Assembly: GCA_913061285.1 (NCBI GenBank)
Contig: CAJXVR010000004.1
Span: 1-59,498, forward strand
DNA from: an uncultured Verrucomicrobiota bacterium
GTDB lineage: Bacteria > Verrucomicrobiota > Verrucomicrobiia > Limisphaerales > AAA164-E04
Reading direction: 5' to 3'
Length of the DNA: 59,498 nucleotides
Position numbers and translations under genes: made by a program. The first letter of the stretch is position 1. Each line of letters opens with the position of its first letter. Below, in pieces: positions 27,212-35,508 of the stretch. The notes under the pieces are model-generated. The model ran no database searches and was not told where the DNA came from. It saw nothing but the letters and a program-made list of their open reading frames with translations.

Positions 27212-29410
27212 ATGAATCGACCAAGAATGGCTCTTGTTGCAGCGATGGTTCTTTGTGGACTCTCAGTTTGGGCAGCTAGAGCAGCGGCTCCTGGGGCGCA
27301 AACCGAAGCGGATTGGCAGGATAACCGTTGGAACGAGATGGACTCAGGACGGTTTCAGGCTTCCGTGGTTCCCTTGCCGTCAGGGCTCGTTTTCAAGGGG
27401 CTGAGTATCCTTATCGGAGAACGAGAGGAGCGAACGGTCTGCTACGACACTCAGTCGGGTCAGTTGAAGGGAATGTGGCAAGGTGGTTTGTTGACTCACA
27501 ATAGCCGACGATTTGGCGTCGTGAATGGATCAGCCCCTGCTGGCCCTCCGATCGAATTGCTGCCCGACGGGGGGGCGCTTGGAAGTTCTTCGGTTCGATG
27601 GATAGGACATTCTCTCCATAACGATCGACTTGTTCTTCACTATGATACCGATGGGCGCAAGGTGCTCGAGTCTCCTTGGTGGGAGCCGAGTGGACCGGTT
27701 GGTGTCTTGTCGCGAAGTTTCCAAGTGGAAGCGGGAGATTCGACCGTTGTCGTACCCGTGCTGGAAGGGGAGATGCTGGCTGAGGAGGCCGTGGAGAACG
27801 AAGGATCCATTGTTCAGTCTGTGAAAGCGTCTACGGGGAATCGAGTGATAGTCGTCCAGGGCTCACAGGAGGCCATACGCTTGATTTCTGATTCGAATCG
27901 CGGTGTGGTGGGGCTCTCCATTGCACCTAGTGATGGTCTGCTTAGGTTTCGGGTCTTAATTATCGATCAAGGAGATTGGAATACTGATAAGTCACTTGAT
28001 CGGTTTGATGCAGATCGGGGGATCGACCTTGGCCGCCTGACGAAGCCAGGGAAGAAGCGATGGAAACCGCTTTCAACCCAAGGGGTCCGATCGAGGCGCC
28101 CTGAGGCTTATACGATTGATACGCTCACGGTTCCCTACTCGAATCCTTGGAGGTCGTTAATGTTCTTTGGTGGAATCGATTTCTTGCCGAATGGGGATGC
28201 AGCGGTCTGCACGCTCTATGGCGATGTGTGGATCGTGAAGGGGATTGACGACACGCTTCAGAATCTTGAGTGGCACCGCTTTGCGACGGGCCTGTTTCAG
28301 CCTCTGGGACTTCAGGTTGTTGAGGGGATTGTTCACGTTCTGGGTCGCGATCAGATTACGGCTCTTCATGACACCGACGGCGATTTGTTTGCCGATTTGT
28401 ATCGGAACCACTCGAACCTCATTAAGACCCAATCGGGGCATAATTTTGTGACCAGTTTGCAGGCGGCGGAGGATGGGACGCTCTACTATGTCGATCCCCA
28501 CGGTGTACAAAAGATTTCTCCAGATGGAACCAAAATTGAAACTATTGCAACGGGCTGGCGAAATCCAAATGGGATGGGGTTGAGCCCTGATGGCATTCTG
28601 ACCGTTGCGCCCCAACAAGGGGCATGGACGCCGTCGTCGCAAATCTCAGAGGTGAAACCTGGTGGCTACTATGGCTTCGGAGGACCTCGCAAACCTTTTA
28701 GGAATCCCCAAGGGTACGATCCGCCTCTTTGCTGGATACCTCATTCGATTGACAATTCAGGCGGGAGTCAAATTTGGGCAGCGGATTCAGGCTGGGGGCC
28801 TCTGAGCGGCCAAATGATTCATCTGTCTTATGGGCGTTGTTCGATGATGCTGGTTTTGAGGGATGTGGTCGATGGCCGATCTCAAGGAGGAGTAGCACCC
28901 CTTCGAGGCAAATTTCTTTCCGGAGCGATGCGGGGAGCAGTAAATCCAAAAGATGGTCAATTGTACGTTGCCGGTTCCAAAGGATGGCAGACAAGTGCCC
29001 TACGAGATGGGGCCTTACAACGGGTAAGATATACCGGGCGTACGCTTCGAGTTCCGATTGACTTGAAAGTCTATGAAAACGGTGTCTGGCTGAAATTCGC
29101 CGAGGCGCTCGATACGGAGTGGGGGGCGGATCAAACAAACTACGCCATCGAACAGTGGAACTATCGTTATTCTAAGGCGTATGGTTCAAAAGATTATTCT
29201 GTTGCTCAACCTGAGAAAACTGGTCGAGACTCATTGAAGATTTCTGGAGTTCAGTTGAGCAAAGATCGGAAATCGGTCTTCGTCGAGACAGATGAAGTGC
29301 TCCCGGTAATGCAGATGGCGGTGCGCTATAACCTTCGTTCTGCTGAGGGCGATCGCGTTCGCGGGGCAATTTATAACACTGTGATTGCGCCTCGCCCCGC
29401 GAGAGATTAA
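27212..29410 (+). CDS. Secreted PVC-type sugar-dehydrogenase-like beta-propeller protein (DUF6797-like)
   Basis: Signal peptide; NPWRSLMFFGGIDF, GDVWIV, FATGLFQPLGL, ATGWRNPNGMG, WIPHSIDNSGG, WNYRYS..YGS; no CxxCH. Confidence 0.65.
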   Translation: MNRPRMALVAAMVLCGLSVWAARAAAPGAQTEADWQDNRWNEMDSGRFQASVVPLPSGLVFKGLSILIGEREERTVCYDTQSGQLKGMWQGGLLTHNSRRFGVVNGSAPAGPPIELLPDGGALGSSSVRWIGHSLHNDRLVLHYDTDGRKVLESPWWEPSGPVGVLSRSFQVEAGDSTVVVPVLEGEMLAEEAVENEGSIVQSVKASTGNRVIVVQGSQEAIRLISDSNRGVVGLSIAPSDGLLRFRVLIIDQGDWNTDKSLDRFDADRGIDLGRLTKPGKKRWKPLSTQGVRSRRPEAYTIDTLTVPYSNPWRSLMFFGGIDFLPNGDAAVCTLYGDVWIVKGIDDTLQNLEWHRFATGLFQPLGLQVVEGIVHVLGRDQITALHDTDGDLFADLYRNHSNLIKTQSGHNFVTSLQAAEDGTLYYVDPHGVQKISPDGTKIETIATGWRNPNGMGLSPDGILTVAPQQGAWTPSSQISEVKPGGYYGFGGPRKPFRNPQGYDPPLCWIPHSIDNSGGSQIWAADSGWGPLSGQMIHLSYGRCSMMLVLRDVVDGRSQGGVAPLRGKFLSGAMRGAVNPKDGQLYVAGSKGWQTSALRDGALQRVRYTGRTLRVPIDLKVYENGVWLKFAEALDTEWGADQTNYAIEQWNYRYSKAYGSKDYSVAQPEKTGRDSLKISGVQLSKDRKSVFVETDEVLPVMQMAVRYNLRSAEGDRVRGAIYNTVIAPRPARD

Positions 29411-29440
29411 TTGACGGCACTCTCGGGGGGCAAGGCACTG

Positions 29441-30901
29441 TTAGTCGAAGTCTTGAGGAGATTTCGACTTCGCTTCGCTAGCCAAGATCTTGTCTCGAAG
29501 CTCAATCCGTTTTCGAGTTTCATTGTCCGCTAGGTTTCCGAAACTTGAATTGTCCGGAGTCCAGCGGGGAAGTTTTTTGAAGGCTTCGTTGAGCTGGTTT
29601 CGGACCTTTTGTAGGGCTGGAGTGAGGTTGGAAATGGCGAGAGGGTTTTCTTCGTCCCAATCATTGGGGACATCATAAAAGCGGCCGTCGTCGTAGAGCT
29701 TGTGTCGACCATTGTAGGCGAAGCGCACACGCCGAAATTTTGGCGTTATTGAGCCAGGGTCTTTGTCGTAGTGGACGATCACTTCCTTGCGCGGATTACC
29801 TCGTTTTCCTTTGAGCTGAGGAAAGAAACTGCGTCCGTCAAGTAAGCGATCGTTGGGAAGCTTCGCCTGAGATGCCTCAGCGAGGGTGGGGAGGAAGTCG
29901 CTAAAATCGATGAGGTCATGGCATTCCGTTCCCGCTTCGATGGCGCCTGGCCAAAGGGCAATGAGGGGGACATGACACCCTGCGTCGATGGGGAGTGCTT
30001 TTCCACCTGGAACCAGCCGGGATCCTTGCCGCGAGATGAGTCCACGGCCGGTCCCATTGTCGGTAGTGAAAATGAGTAAGGTGTTTTCTGCGATTCTTAC
30101 CTGTTCGAGTTTCTTGACGATGCGATCCACGAGATAGCCAGTGTACTGAATCATCCCTCCGAAGTACTTCTGGTTGCTCTTAGACTTGTGGGATGGCGGG
30201 TAGTGTGTCGTATGAGGGGTGGGGACAAATGGGCTGTGGGTGAGTGCCATCGGATAGTAGACAAAGAATGGCTTTTTCTGGTTTTCGTCGATGAAGTCGA
30301 GAATGAATTGAGTGTAGATATCGGGCCCAAATTCCTCGGCGGTAGTGGGGCGGTAATTACCATTTTGTAGGATGCAGGGATTCCAAAAACGAGAAGTGGT
30401 TCGGTCTCCCGTAAGAGAATTGGATTTATAGTGGGCTTGATCGGCTGGTTTGAGGTAGTGGGAATAGGCCCACATGCAACTTTGATCGAAGCCGCAGTCG
30501 CTCCACCACGTTCCCTTGATCGTCGGCTCGGCGCCACCGGAGAGTTGCCACTTCCCCGCGATGCAAGTGGTGTATCCCGCCTCTTTGAGGAGATTTCCGA
30601 AGGTTATTTGACCGGCTGGCATGAGTCCGAACTGACGATAGTTGCGAGCGTTGGATTGCCCGGTCATGATCTTGACTCGAGATGGCGTGCATACGGGTTG
30701 GGAGTAACAATGAGTGAATCTCATCCCTCGTGATGCCAATTGGTCGAGCAAGGGAGTCGTATAGCTCGTGCCTCCATTGCAGCCTAGGGCCTCATAGCCA
30801 AGATCGTCGGCCATGATAAGGATGATATTAGGGCCTTGTGCCGCATCGGTCAAAGTACTGGCGAAAAGAAGAGCGAGACCAAGAGTTCTGAGAGCTGTCA
30901 T
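29441..30901 (-). CDS. Formylglycine-dependent sulfatase
   Basis: PNIILIMADDLG, CTPSR, GKWQL, HSPF, TDNG; signal peptide. Confidence 0.95.
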   Translation of the reverse strand: MTALRTLGLALLFASTLTDAAQGPNIILIMADDLGYEALGCNGGTSYTTPLLDQLASRGMRFTHCYSQPVCTPSRVKIMTGQSNARNYRQFGLMPAGQITFGNLLKEAGYTTCIAGKWQLSGGAEPTIKGTWWSDCGFDQSCMWAYSHYLKPADQAHYKSNSLTGDRTTSRFWNPCILQNGNYRPTTAEEFGPDIYTQFILDFIDENQKKPFFVYYPMALTHSPFVPTPHTTHYPPSHKSKSNQKYFGGMIQYTGYLVDRIVKKLEQVRIAENTLLIFTTDNGTGRGLISRQGSRLVPGGKALPIDAGCHVPLIALWPGAIEAGTECHDLIDFSDFLPTLAEASQAKLPNDRLLDGRSFFPQLKGKRGNPRKEVIVHYDKDPGSITPKFRRVRFAYNGRHKLYDDGRFYDVPNDWDEENPLAISNLTPALQKVRNQLNEAFKKLPRWTPDNSSFGNLADNETRKRIELRDKILASEAKSKSPQDFD

Positions 30902-31014
30902 GGAATTGGGTTTGGGCTTTTGGAAGTGTCGCCTCGTTTGTTGCTTCTAGGCAACAAGAATTCGAGACGATCCAAGGCTTTACGAGAGCTAGTGACTCCT
31001 TAATAATTGCTCCC

Positions 31015-32667
31015 ATGAACCTTCTGTTTCGCTGTGCTTCGATTGCGTGTGTCCTCCTCTTCACCCCGTTGAGTCTGCTTGGGGTTGCCCCAACTGAGAC
31101 GATCCAGCTCTGGCCGGGAAAGGCACCAGGGGTTCAACCTACGGGGCTTGGCGAAGAGCAGGTTCTGGAAGGCCGGCCGCGTCCGTTTTATCAGATCACC
31201 AATGTGACCGTCCCGACGTTGGCCGTGTATCTACCGGAAGCCTCGAAGCGAAATGGAACGGCCGTGCTCTTGTGTCCTGGCGGAGGATTGCAGCGCTTGG
31301 CCATTGAAATTGAAGGCCTTGAGATGGCTGAGCGCTTGTTGTCAGAGGGCTTGACGGTATTCTTGCTGAAATATCGAGTTCCTGCACCAATTGAAACGGC
31401 TTTGATGGATGCTCAGCGAGCGATGGGCATCATTCGTTCGCGCGCGGCGGAGTGGGAGATTGATCCCAATGGTATCGGCCAGTTGGGGTTTTCTGCTGGT
31501 GGTGAGATTGGGGCTTGGCTTGCCACGCACTACGAGAAACGTGCGTATGCCCCAGTGGATGCTGCAGATCGCGTTTCTTGTAAACCAGATTTTGTTGGTC
31601 TCATCTACCCGGGAGGGCTTCTTGAGCGTGGTACTGGTTCTTTGAAACCGGCTCTTTCAGATCGCATCGATGGCAGCGTGCCCCCAACGTTTTTCGTCCA
31701 CGCTTTTCATGACTTTAGCCAAAACAGCTTGGAGATGGTTGCGGCGCTGAAGGCCGCTGGGGTGCCGACGGAATTTCATTTGTACCAGAGAGGGACGCAT
31801 GGCTTTGGTGCTCGCAGTTCAGGGAATCCGGTGGGTTCATGGGTGACCCGTTTTACCGAGTGGTTAGCAGCCGAGGGTTTTACCGAGAGTTATCCCATCC
31901 GAAAATATGCCAGAGATCTGTATGAGGCGGTTTCGTCTGGAGCGCGCCTTCCCCGTCTCGGGTATGTGTTGTCGGATTCAACGCTCGCCGACGCCTATGC
32001 GGTGCAAAAGCACTATGTGAAAGAGGTGCTTCGAGAGTTGACGATTGGCGGCTTCAAAGGGGCTGGTGCGTCTGCTGCCGCGCAAGAAAGCATGGGAATC
32101 CCAAGCCCCTTGACTGGAGTCTTACCTAAGGAGGGGAGAATCGAATACAACGGTGGGCTGCAAGATGTGGGGAGCGCGGCTGACAAATTTATCGTTGAAA
32201 CTGAGATTGGCTATGTCTTTGGTGTTGATATCGCCAACCAGGTGCGGACCGACCAACAAATGAGAGACGCCGTAGTATCAATGATGCCGGTGATTGAGTT
32301 GCCGAATGATGTCTCGCCCCAGATTAACGGCATCACATTGCACGAAAATATCTCTGCCAATATCGGCTCAGAGCGATTTATGGTGGGGCCAGCAAAGTCG
32401 CCGAGCGAGGTGGATCCAAATCAGATGCCGATCTCTTTAACGGTTGATGGAAAGGTCTTGCACGAAACGAATGGAGGAATCGCGAAAGGCGGGCAATGGC
32501 ACAATCTAAGGAGCATTGTGAATCAGTTAGTATCACAAGGTTACACCATTCCCAAAGGGACAGTGGTTATCTGTGGTGCCTTGGGAGGTGTCCACAAAGC
32601 GGTTGCGGGACATTACGTTGCGGATTTTAGTCGACTGGGGAAGATCGAGTTTCGTGTGCGTCCGTAA
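31015..32667 (+). CDS. Fusion: secreted alpha/beta-hydrolase esterase plus 2-keto-4-pentenoate-hydratase (FAH-family)-like domain
   Basis: N-half: CPGGG, DAQRA, GFSAGG, GTHGFG. C-half: ADAYAVQ, IGGFKGA, VETEIGY, PVIELP, GTVVICGA, ADFSRLGKIEF. Confidence 0.8.
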   Translation: MNLLFRCASIACVLLFTPLSLLGVAPTETIQLWPGKAPGVQPTGLGEEQVLEGRPRPFYQITNVTVPTLAVYLPEASKRNGTAVLLCPGGGLQRLAIEIEGLEMAERLLSEGLTVFLLKYRVPAPIETALMDAQRAMGIIRSRAAEWEIDPNGIGQLGFSAGGEIGAWLATHYEKRAYAPVDAADRVSCKPDFVGLIYPGGLLERGTGSLKPALSDRIDGSVPPTFFVHAFHDFSQNSLEMVAALKAAGVPTEFHLYQRGTHGFGARSSGNPVGSWVTRFTEWLAAEGFTESYPIRKYARDLYEAVSSGARLPRLGYVLSDSTLADAYAVQKHYVKEVLRELTIGGFKGAGASAAAQESMGIPSPLTGVLPKEGRIEYNGGLQDVGSAADKFIVETEIGYVFGVDIANQVRTDQQMRDAVVSMMPVIELPNDVSPQINGITLHENISANIGSERFMVGPAKSPSEVDPNQMPISLTVDGKVLHETNGGIAKGGQWHNLRSIVNQLVSQGYTIPKGTVVICGALGGVHKAVAGHYVADFSRLGKIEFRVRP

Positions 32668-32775
32668 CGATAGCTTATCCCCCCCTGATGTGATTTGGCT
32701 TCAACGTAACAACACAATCTGTCGGAATTCTAAGATTCCAGCATAGGTAGGTCTAGCTGCGTTTAGTTTGGTAGA

Positions 32776-32857
32776 GCGCCTCGTCGTTGAGGAAAGCGAT
32801 CACCAGTGTTCACCAAGAACCGGTTTGCCAACTAGGCGTTGGAACGGGACGAGGCGC
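32776..32857. repeat. 10-bp perfect inverted repeat, REP-like remnant
   Basis: GCGCCTCGTC (32776-32785, preceded by GTAGA) and GACGAGGCGC (32848-32857). Confidence 0.45.
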
Positions 32858-32953
32858 GAAAACGATTCGACGTGGCCTTTCATCCCGGCCGGAGAATTGC
32901 GGCAAGACATTCTCAATAACCTCCGGTCTGTCTTCTGGATGCTTCTTCAGAAT

Positions 32954-33009
32954 TACCGGCAAGATTGAGCATAGGCCGAGCAAGTTCTAGTGGAATCATC
33001 TTGCCGGTA
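32954..33009. repeat. 12-bp perfect inverted repeat upstream of vapB remnant
   Basis: TACCGGCAAGAT (32954-32965) and ATCTTGCCGGTA (32998-33009), 32-nt spacer. Confidence 0.6.
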
Positions 33010-33034
33010 CTTTGTGGGGCATCATGGTGCCTCT

Positions 33035-33282
33035 ATGAGGACGACTCTGACTTTGGATCCGGACGTAGCCGTAAATCCCGAATAAACCGCAACGGAACTT
33101 AGGAAGCCCTTCATGGATGTTGCCAATGCGGCTCTGAGAAATGGTTTGGATCAAGTTCTTAACTCACTGCCAAGCAAAAGTTCTATTGCACTGAACCTAA
33201 ACCCATGGGGGGACGACCCGGGTTGAACGACAACAGCATTAGTGATCTATTCGCTTATGGAGAAGGGGAAGATAGTCGGTGA
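33035..33282 (+). pseudogene. vapB: VapB-type (RHH) antitoxin pseudogene
   Basis: MRTTLTLDPDVAVNPE*TATELRKPFMDVANAALRNGLDQVL (in-frame TAA 33083-33085), frameshift near 33170-33178, then KFYCTEPKPMGGRPGLNDNSISDLFAYGEGEDSR* (TGA 33280-33282). Confidence 0.8.
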
Positions 33283-33434
33283 TTCTAGTAGATGCTAACA
33301 TACTGCTGTATGCCGAGGCTAGGCGTTCGTCCTCGCATGCTGGAAAGGATTTGTCTGTGCCTTCGATGGGGCAAATAACACCTCCTGATCCAAGTTCGAG
33401 TGTATTTGAGTTGCCTGAGGAGGTTGTGGCCTAA
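33279..33434 (+). pseudogene. vapC: Truncated VapC (PIN-domain toxin) N-terminus fused to unrelated sequence
   Basis: GTG overlapping the vapB stop (GTGA); MILVDANILLYAE is the PIN N-terminal motif; similarity lost after about 21 codons; TAA at 33432-33434. Confidence 0.75.
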
Positions 33435-33845
33435 ATGCAGAAGGCGATTGCGAGCCTCCATGATGTCGCCGAGGTGCCATTTGTTGAGGATGAAGTGGAG
33501 TTGGATTGGAAGGAAGTTCGGCCACAGTTGTTGGGAAATATTCCTGATGCGGAGATGCGTGCGGCTACGGCCACGTGGATGCTGAACGTTGATCAGTTTA
33601 TGGAAACCATGACACGGAGCGATGCCAAATGGATTGATTCGACCGTTAACGATCAACTGGCGGGAATAGTAATCCCGGATGACTTGACGTTGGAACAGAA
33701 GTCAGTATTGCGAAGGACCCTTGAGATACAAGCGGCTACCCTAAGGATGGAAGGAGAACCCTTTGCCGAGCAGATGCGCGAGTATCAAAAAGAGAAAGAG
33801 AGGGAATTGCAGGAGCGCATTGGGGATGGTGCTCTTCAGCCCTAG
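33435..33845 (+). CDS. Hypothetical protein, probably the C-terminal remnant of a longer gene
   Basis: 136-aa helical, acidic ORF in frame with the vapC fragment, separated only by one TAA. Confidence 0.5.
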   Translation: MQKAIASLHDVAEVPFVEDEVELDWKEVRPQLLGNIPDAEMRAATATWMLNVDQFMETMTRSDAKWIDSTVNDQLAGIVIPDDLTLEQKSVLRRTLEIQAATLRMEGEPFAEQMREYQKEKERELQERIGDGALQP

Positions 33846-33921
33846 TGGCTTTTGCCGGAGCGAGCAATTTTGGTTTTTACGGCCAAGTGGACCAATGCGT
33901 GATCGACTTGAAGACGACTTC

Positions 33922-35508
33922 TTAGGCCGTTGCTCGATAAATAGCCCAACGTCCAGATCCTTCGATCGCAAGCAATCCGTACTGGTTCAGTTTTTTGAGG
34001 AGGTAGTTGGCTCGGTGCCGATCAATTTCGAGGAGTTCCCGGCAGTCGCCATTGTTGATCATCCCGTGTTCACGCACGTATTCCAGGATTCGCGACTCGT
34101 CCGACTCTAGATCGCTCTCATTGGCCCGTTGCGCACGCTTGTTGAGCAAGGCTTCGGAATCAACCGGGATGGCGGGCTTTGCGGGCGCCGCAATGGGGGC
34201 TGGATTGATTGTTCGTTGGCGAACATGAATGAAATGAAGGTGTTCCGGTTGAATCATCGTTCCGCCGGATTCTAAGATGGCTCTTTCAATGATATTCTTG
34301 AGTTCCCGAATGTTGCCGGGAAAGGAGTGAGTTTTCAGGCGTTCGATGGCTTCTTGGGTGATTGGAACGTTCTTGGGAAAGCCAAGTTCGGCGGAGAAGT
34401 ATTGGACGAAATGGCCGGCTAAGAGGGGGATGTCTTCGCTTCGTTCTTGGAGTGTCGGCAGTTCAATCACGAAGCGTGCGAGCCGATAGTAGAGATCTTC
34501 ACGGAAGCTGCCGGCTTCGATGTTTTGAGTGAAGTTGATATTGGTTGCGGCGACGATCCGAACGTTTGATTGCCTTTCTTCGGTGGCGCCAATCGGGGTG
34601 AATGCGCCGGATTCGAGGACACGGAGAAGTTTGGCTTGGAGGTCTAGTGGCATCTCTCCGATCTCATCTAGGAAAAGGGTTCCATTGTGAGCCATTTCAA
34701 ATAGGCCCAGTTTTGCTCCGGTGGCTCCCGTGAAGGATCCTTTCAAATGTCCAAACAGGGTCGACTCTACCAGTTCGGTAGGAATCGCTGAACAATTCAT
34801 GGCCACAAAGGGGCCTTTGGCTCGGGATCCTCCGTAGTGGATAGCTCGTGCGACCATCTCTTTGCCCGTCCCGCTTTCGCCGGTGATTAGAGCGCTTGTC
34901 TTGTCTGCTTGCTGTAGAATCTGTACCTGCTTGAGTACGGACTCAAGTTGGGGGCTTTGACCGATGATGCCATCGAATCCCCAGCGATCCGATTGTTGCT
35001 CGCTTACGATTTCAAGTTGACGATTGATTTGTGATGTTTCTTTCTCCGCTTTTTCGCGCTTGCGGATCTCGTTTTCAAGCTCGTGATTGCGATCGCGAAG
35101 GGCTTGAGTTAGGCAGCCGATTTGAAGGTGGGTTGAGACACGGGCGTGTACCTCTGCCTCGGAAAAGGGTTTGGTCAAGTAGTCGACACCGCCGGCCTCG
35201 AATCCCGCTACTACGTCCTCAGTTTCTGTGCGGGCAGTGATGAAGATGATAGGGGTGTGTTGAGTCTCGGGAAGGCGCTTGAGTCGACGACATGTCTCGT
35301 AACCGTCAATTCCGGGCATCATCACATCGAGGAGAATGAGATCAGGAGCGCTGGCAGCGACTAGTTTGATTGCTGTTTCTCCATCGGTTGCGGCTTGGAT
35401 GCGGTAACCTTGACTCTCGAGGGCCTCACTCAGGATGCGAAGATTCGCAGGGACGTCGTCAACAATAAGAATGCGGGCTCCTGCTGTGTTGACTTGGGGC
35501 TCACTCAT
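33922..35508 (-). CDS. Sigma54-dependent response regulator (REC-AAA+) with atypical C-terminal winged-helix-like domain
   Basis: REC (ILIVDD, LLDVMMP, KPF); Walker A GESGTGKE; GSFTGA loop; LFLDEIGEM; FREDLYYRL; PGNIREL. ATG 35508 overlaps the kinase 3' end. Confidence 0.93.
   Translation of the reverse strand: MSEPQVNTAGARILIVDDVPANLRILSEALESQGYRIQAATDGETAIKLVAASAPDLILLDVMMPGIDGYETCRRLKRLPETQHTPIIFITARTETEDVVAGFEAGGVDYLTKPFSEAEVHARVSTHLQIGCLTQALRDRNHELENEIRKREKAEKETSQINRQLEIVSEQQSDRWGFDGIIGQSPQLESVLKQVQILQQADKTSALITGESGTGKEMVARAIHYGGSRAKGPFVAMNCSAIPTELVESTLFGHLKGSFTGATGAKLGLFEMAHNGTLFLDEIGEMPLDLQAKLLRVLESGAFTPIGATEERQSNVRIVAATNINFTQNIEAGSFREDLYYRLARFVIELPTLQERSEDIPLLAGHFVQYFSAELGFPKNVPITQEAIERLKTHSFPGNIRELKNIIERAILESGGTMIQPEHLHFIHVRQRTINPAPIAAPAKPAIPVDSEALLNKRAQRANESDLESDESRILEYVREHGMINNGDCRELLEIDRHRANYLLKKLNQYGLLAIEGSGRWAIYRATA

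Noticed and set aside
32757-32877. tRNA-like sequence (TAGTTTGGTAGAGCGCCTCGT ... CGGGACGAGG)
   Set aside because: Resembles a D-arm and a tRNA-Pro anticodon arm, but has about 60 nt of interruption, no convincing T-arm, acceptor stem or CCA; tRNAscan-SE/ARAGORN would settle it.
33432-33434. Programmed stop-codon read-through or alternative genetic code
   Set aside because: TAA terminates many normal genes in this window and the adjacent vapB carries independent lesions; decay is the simpler explanation.
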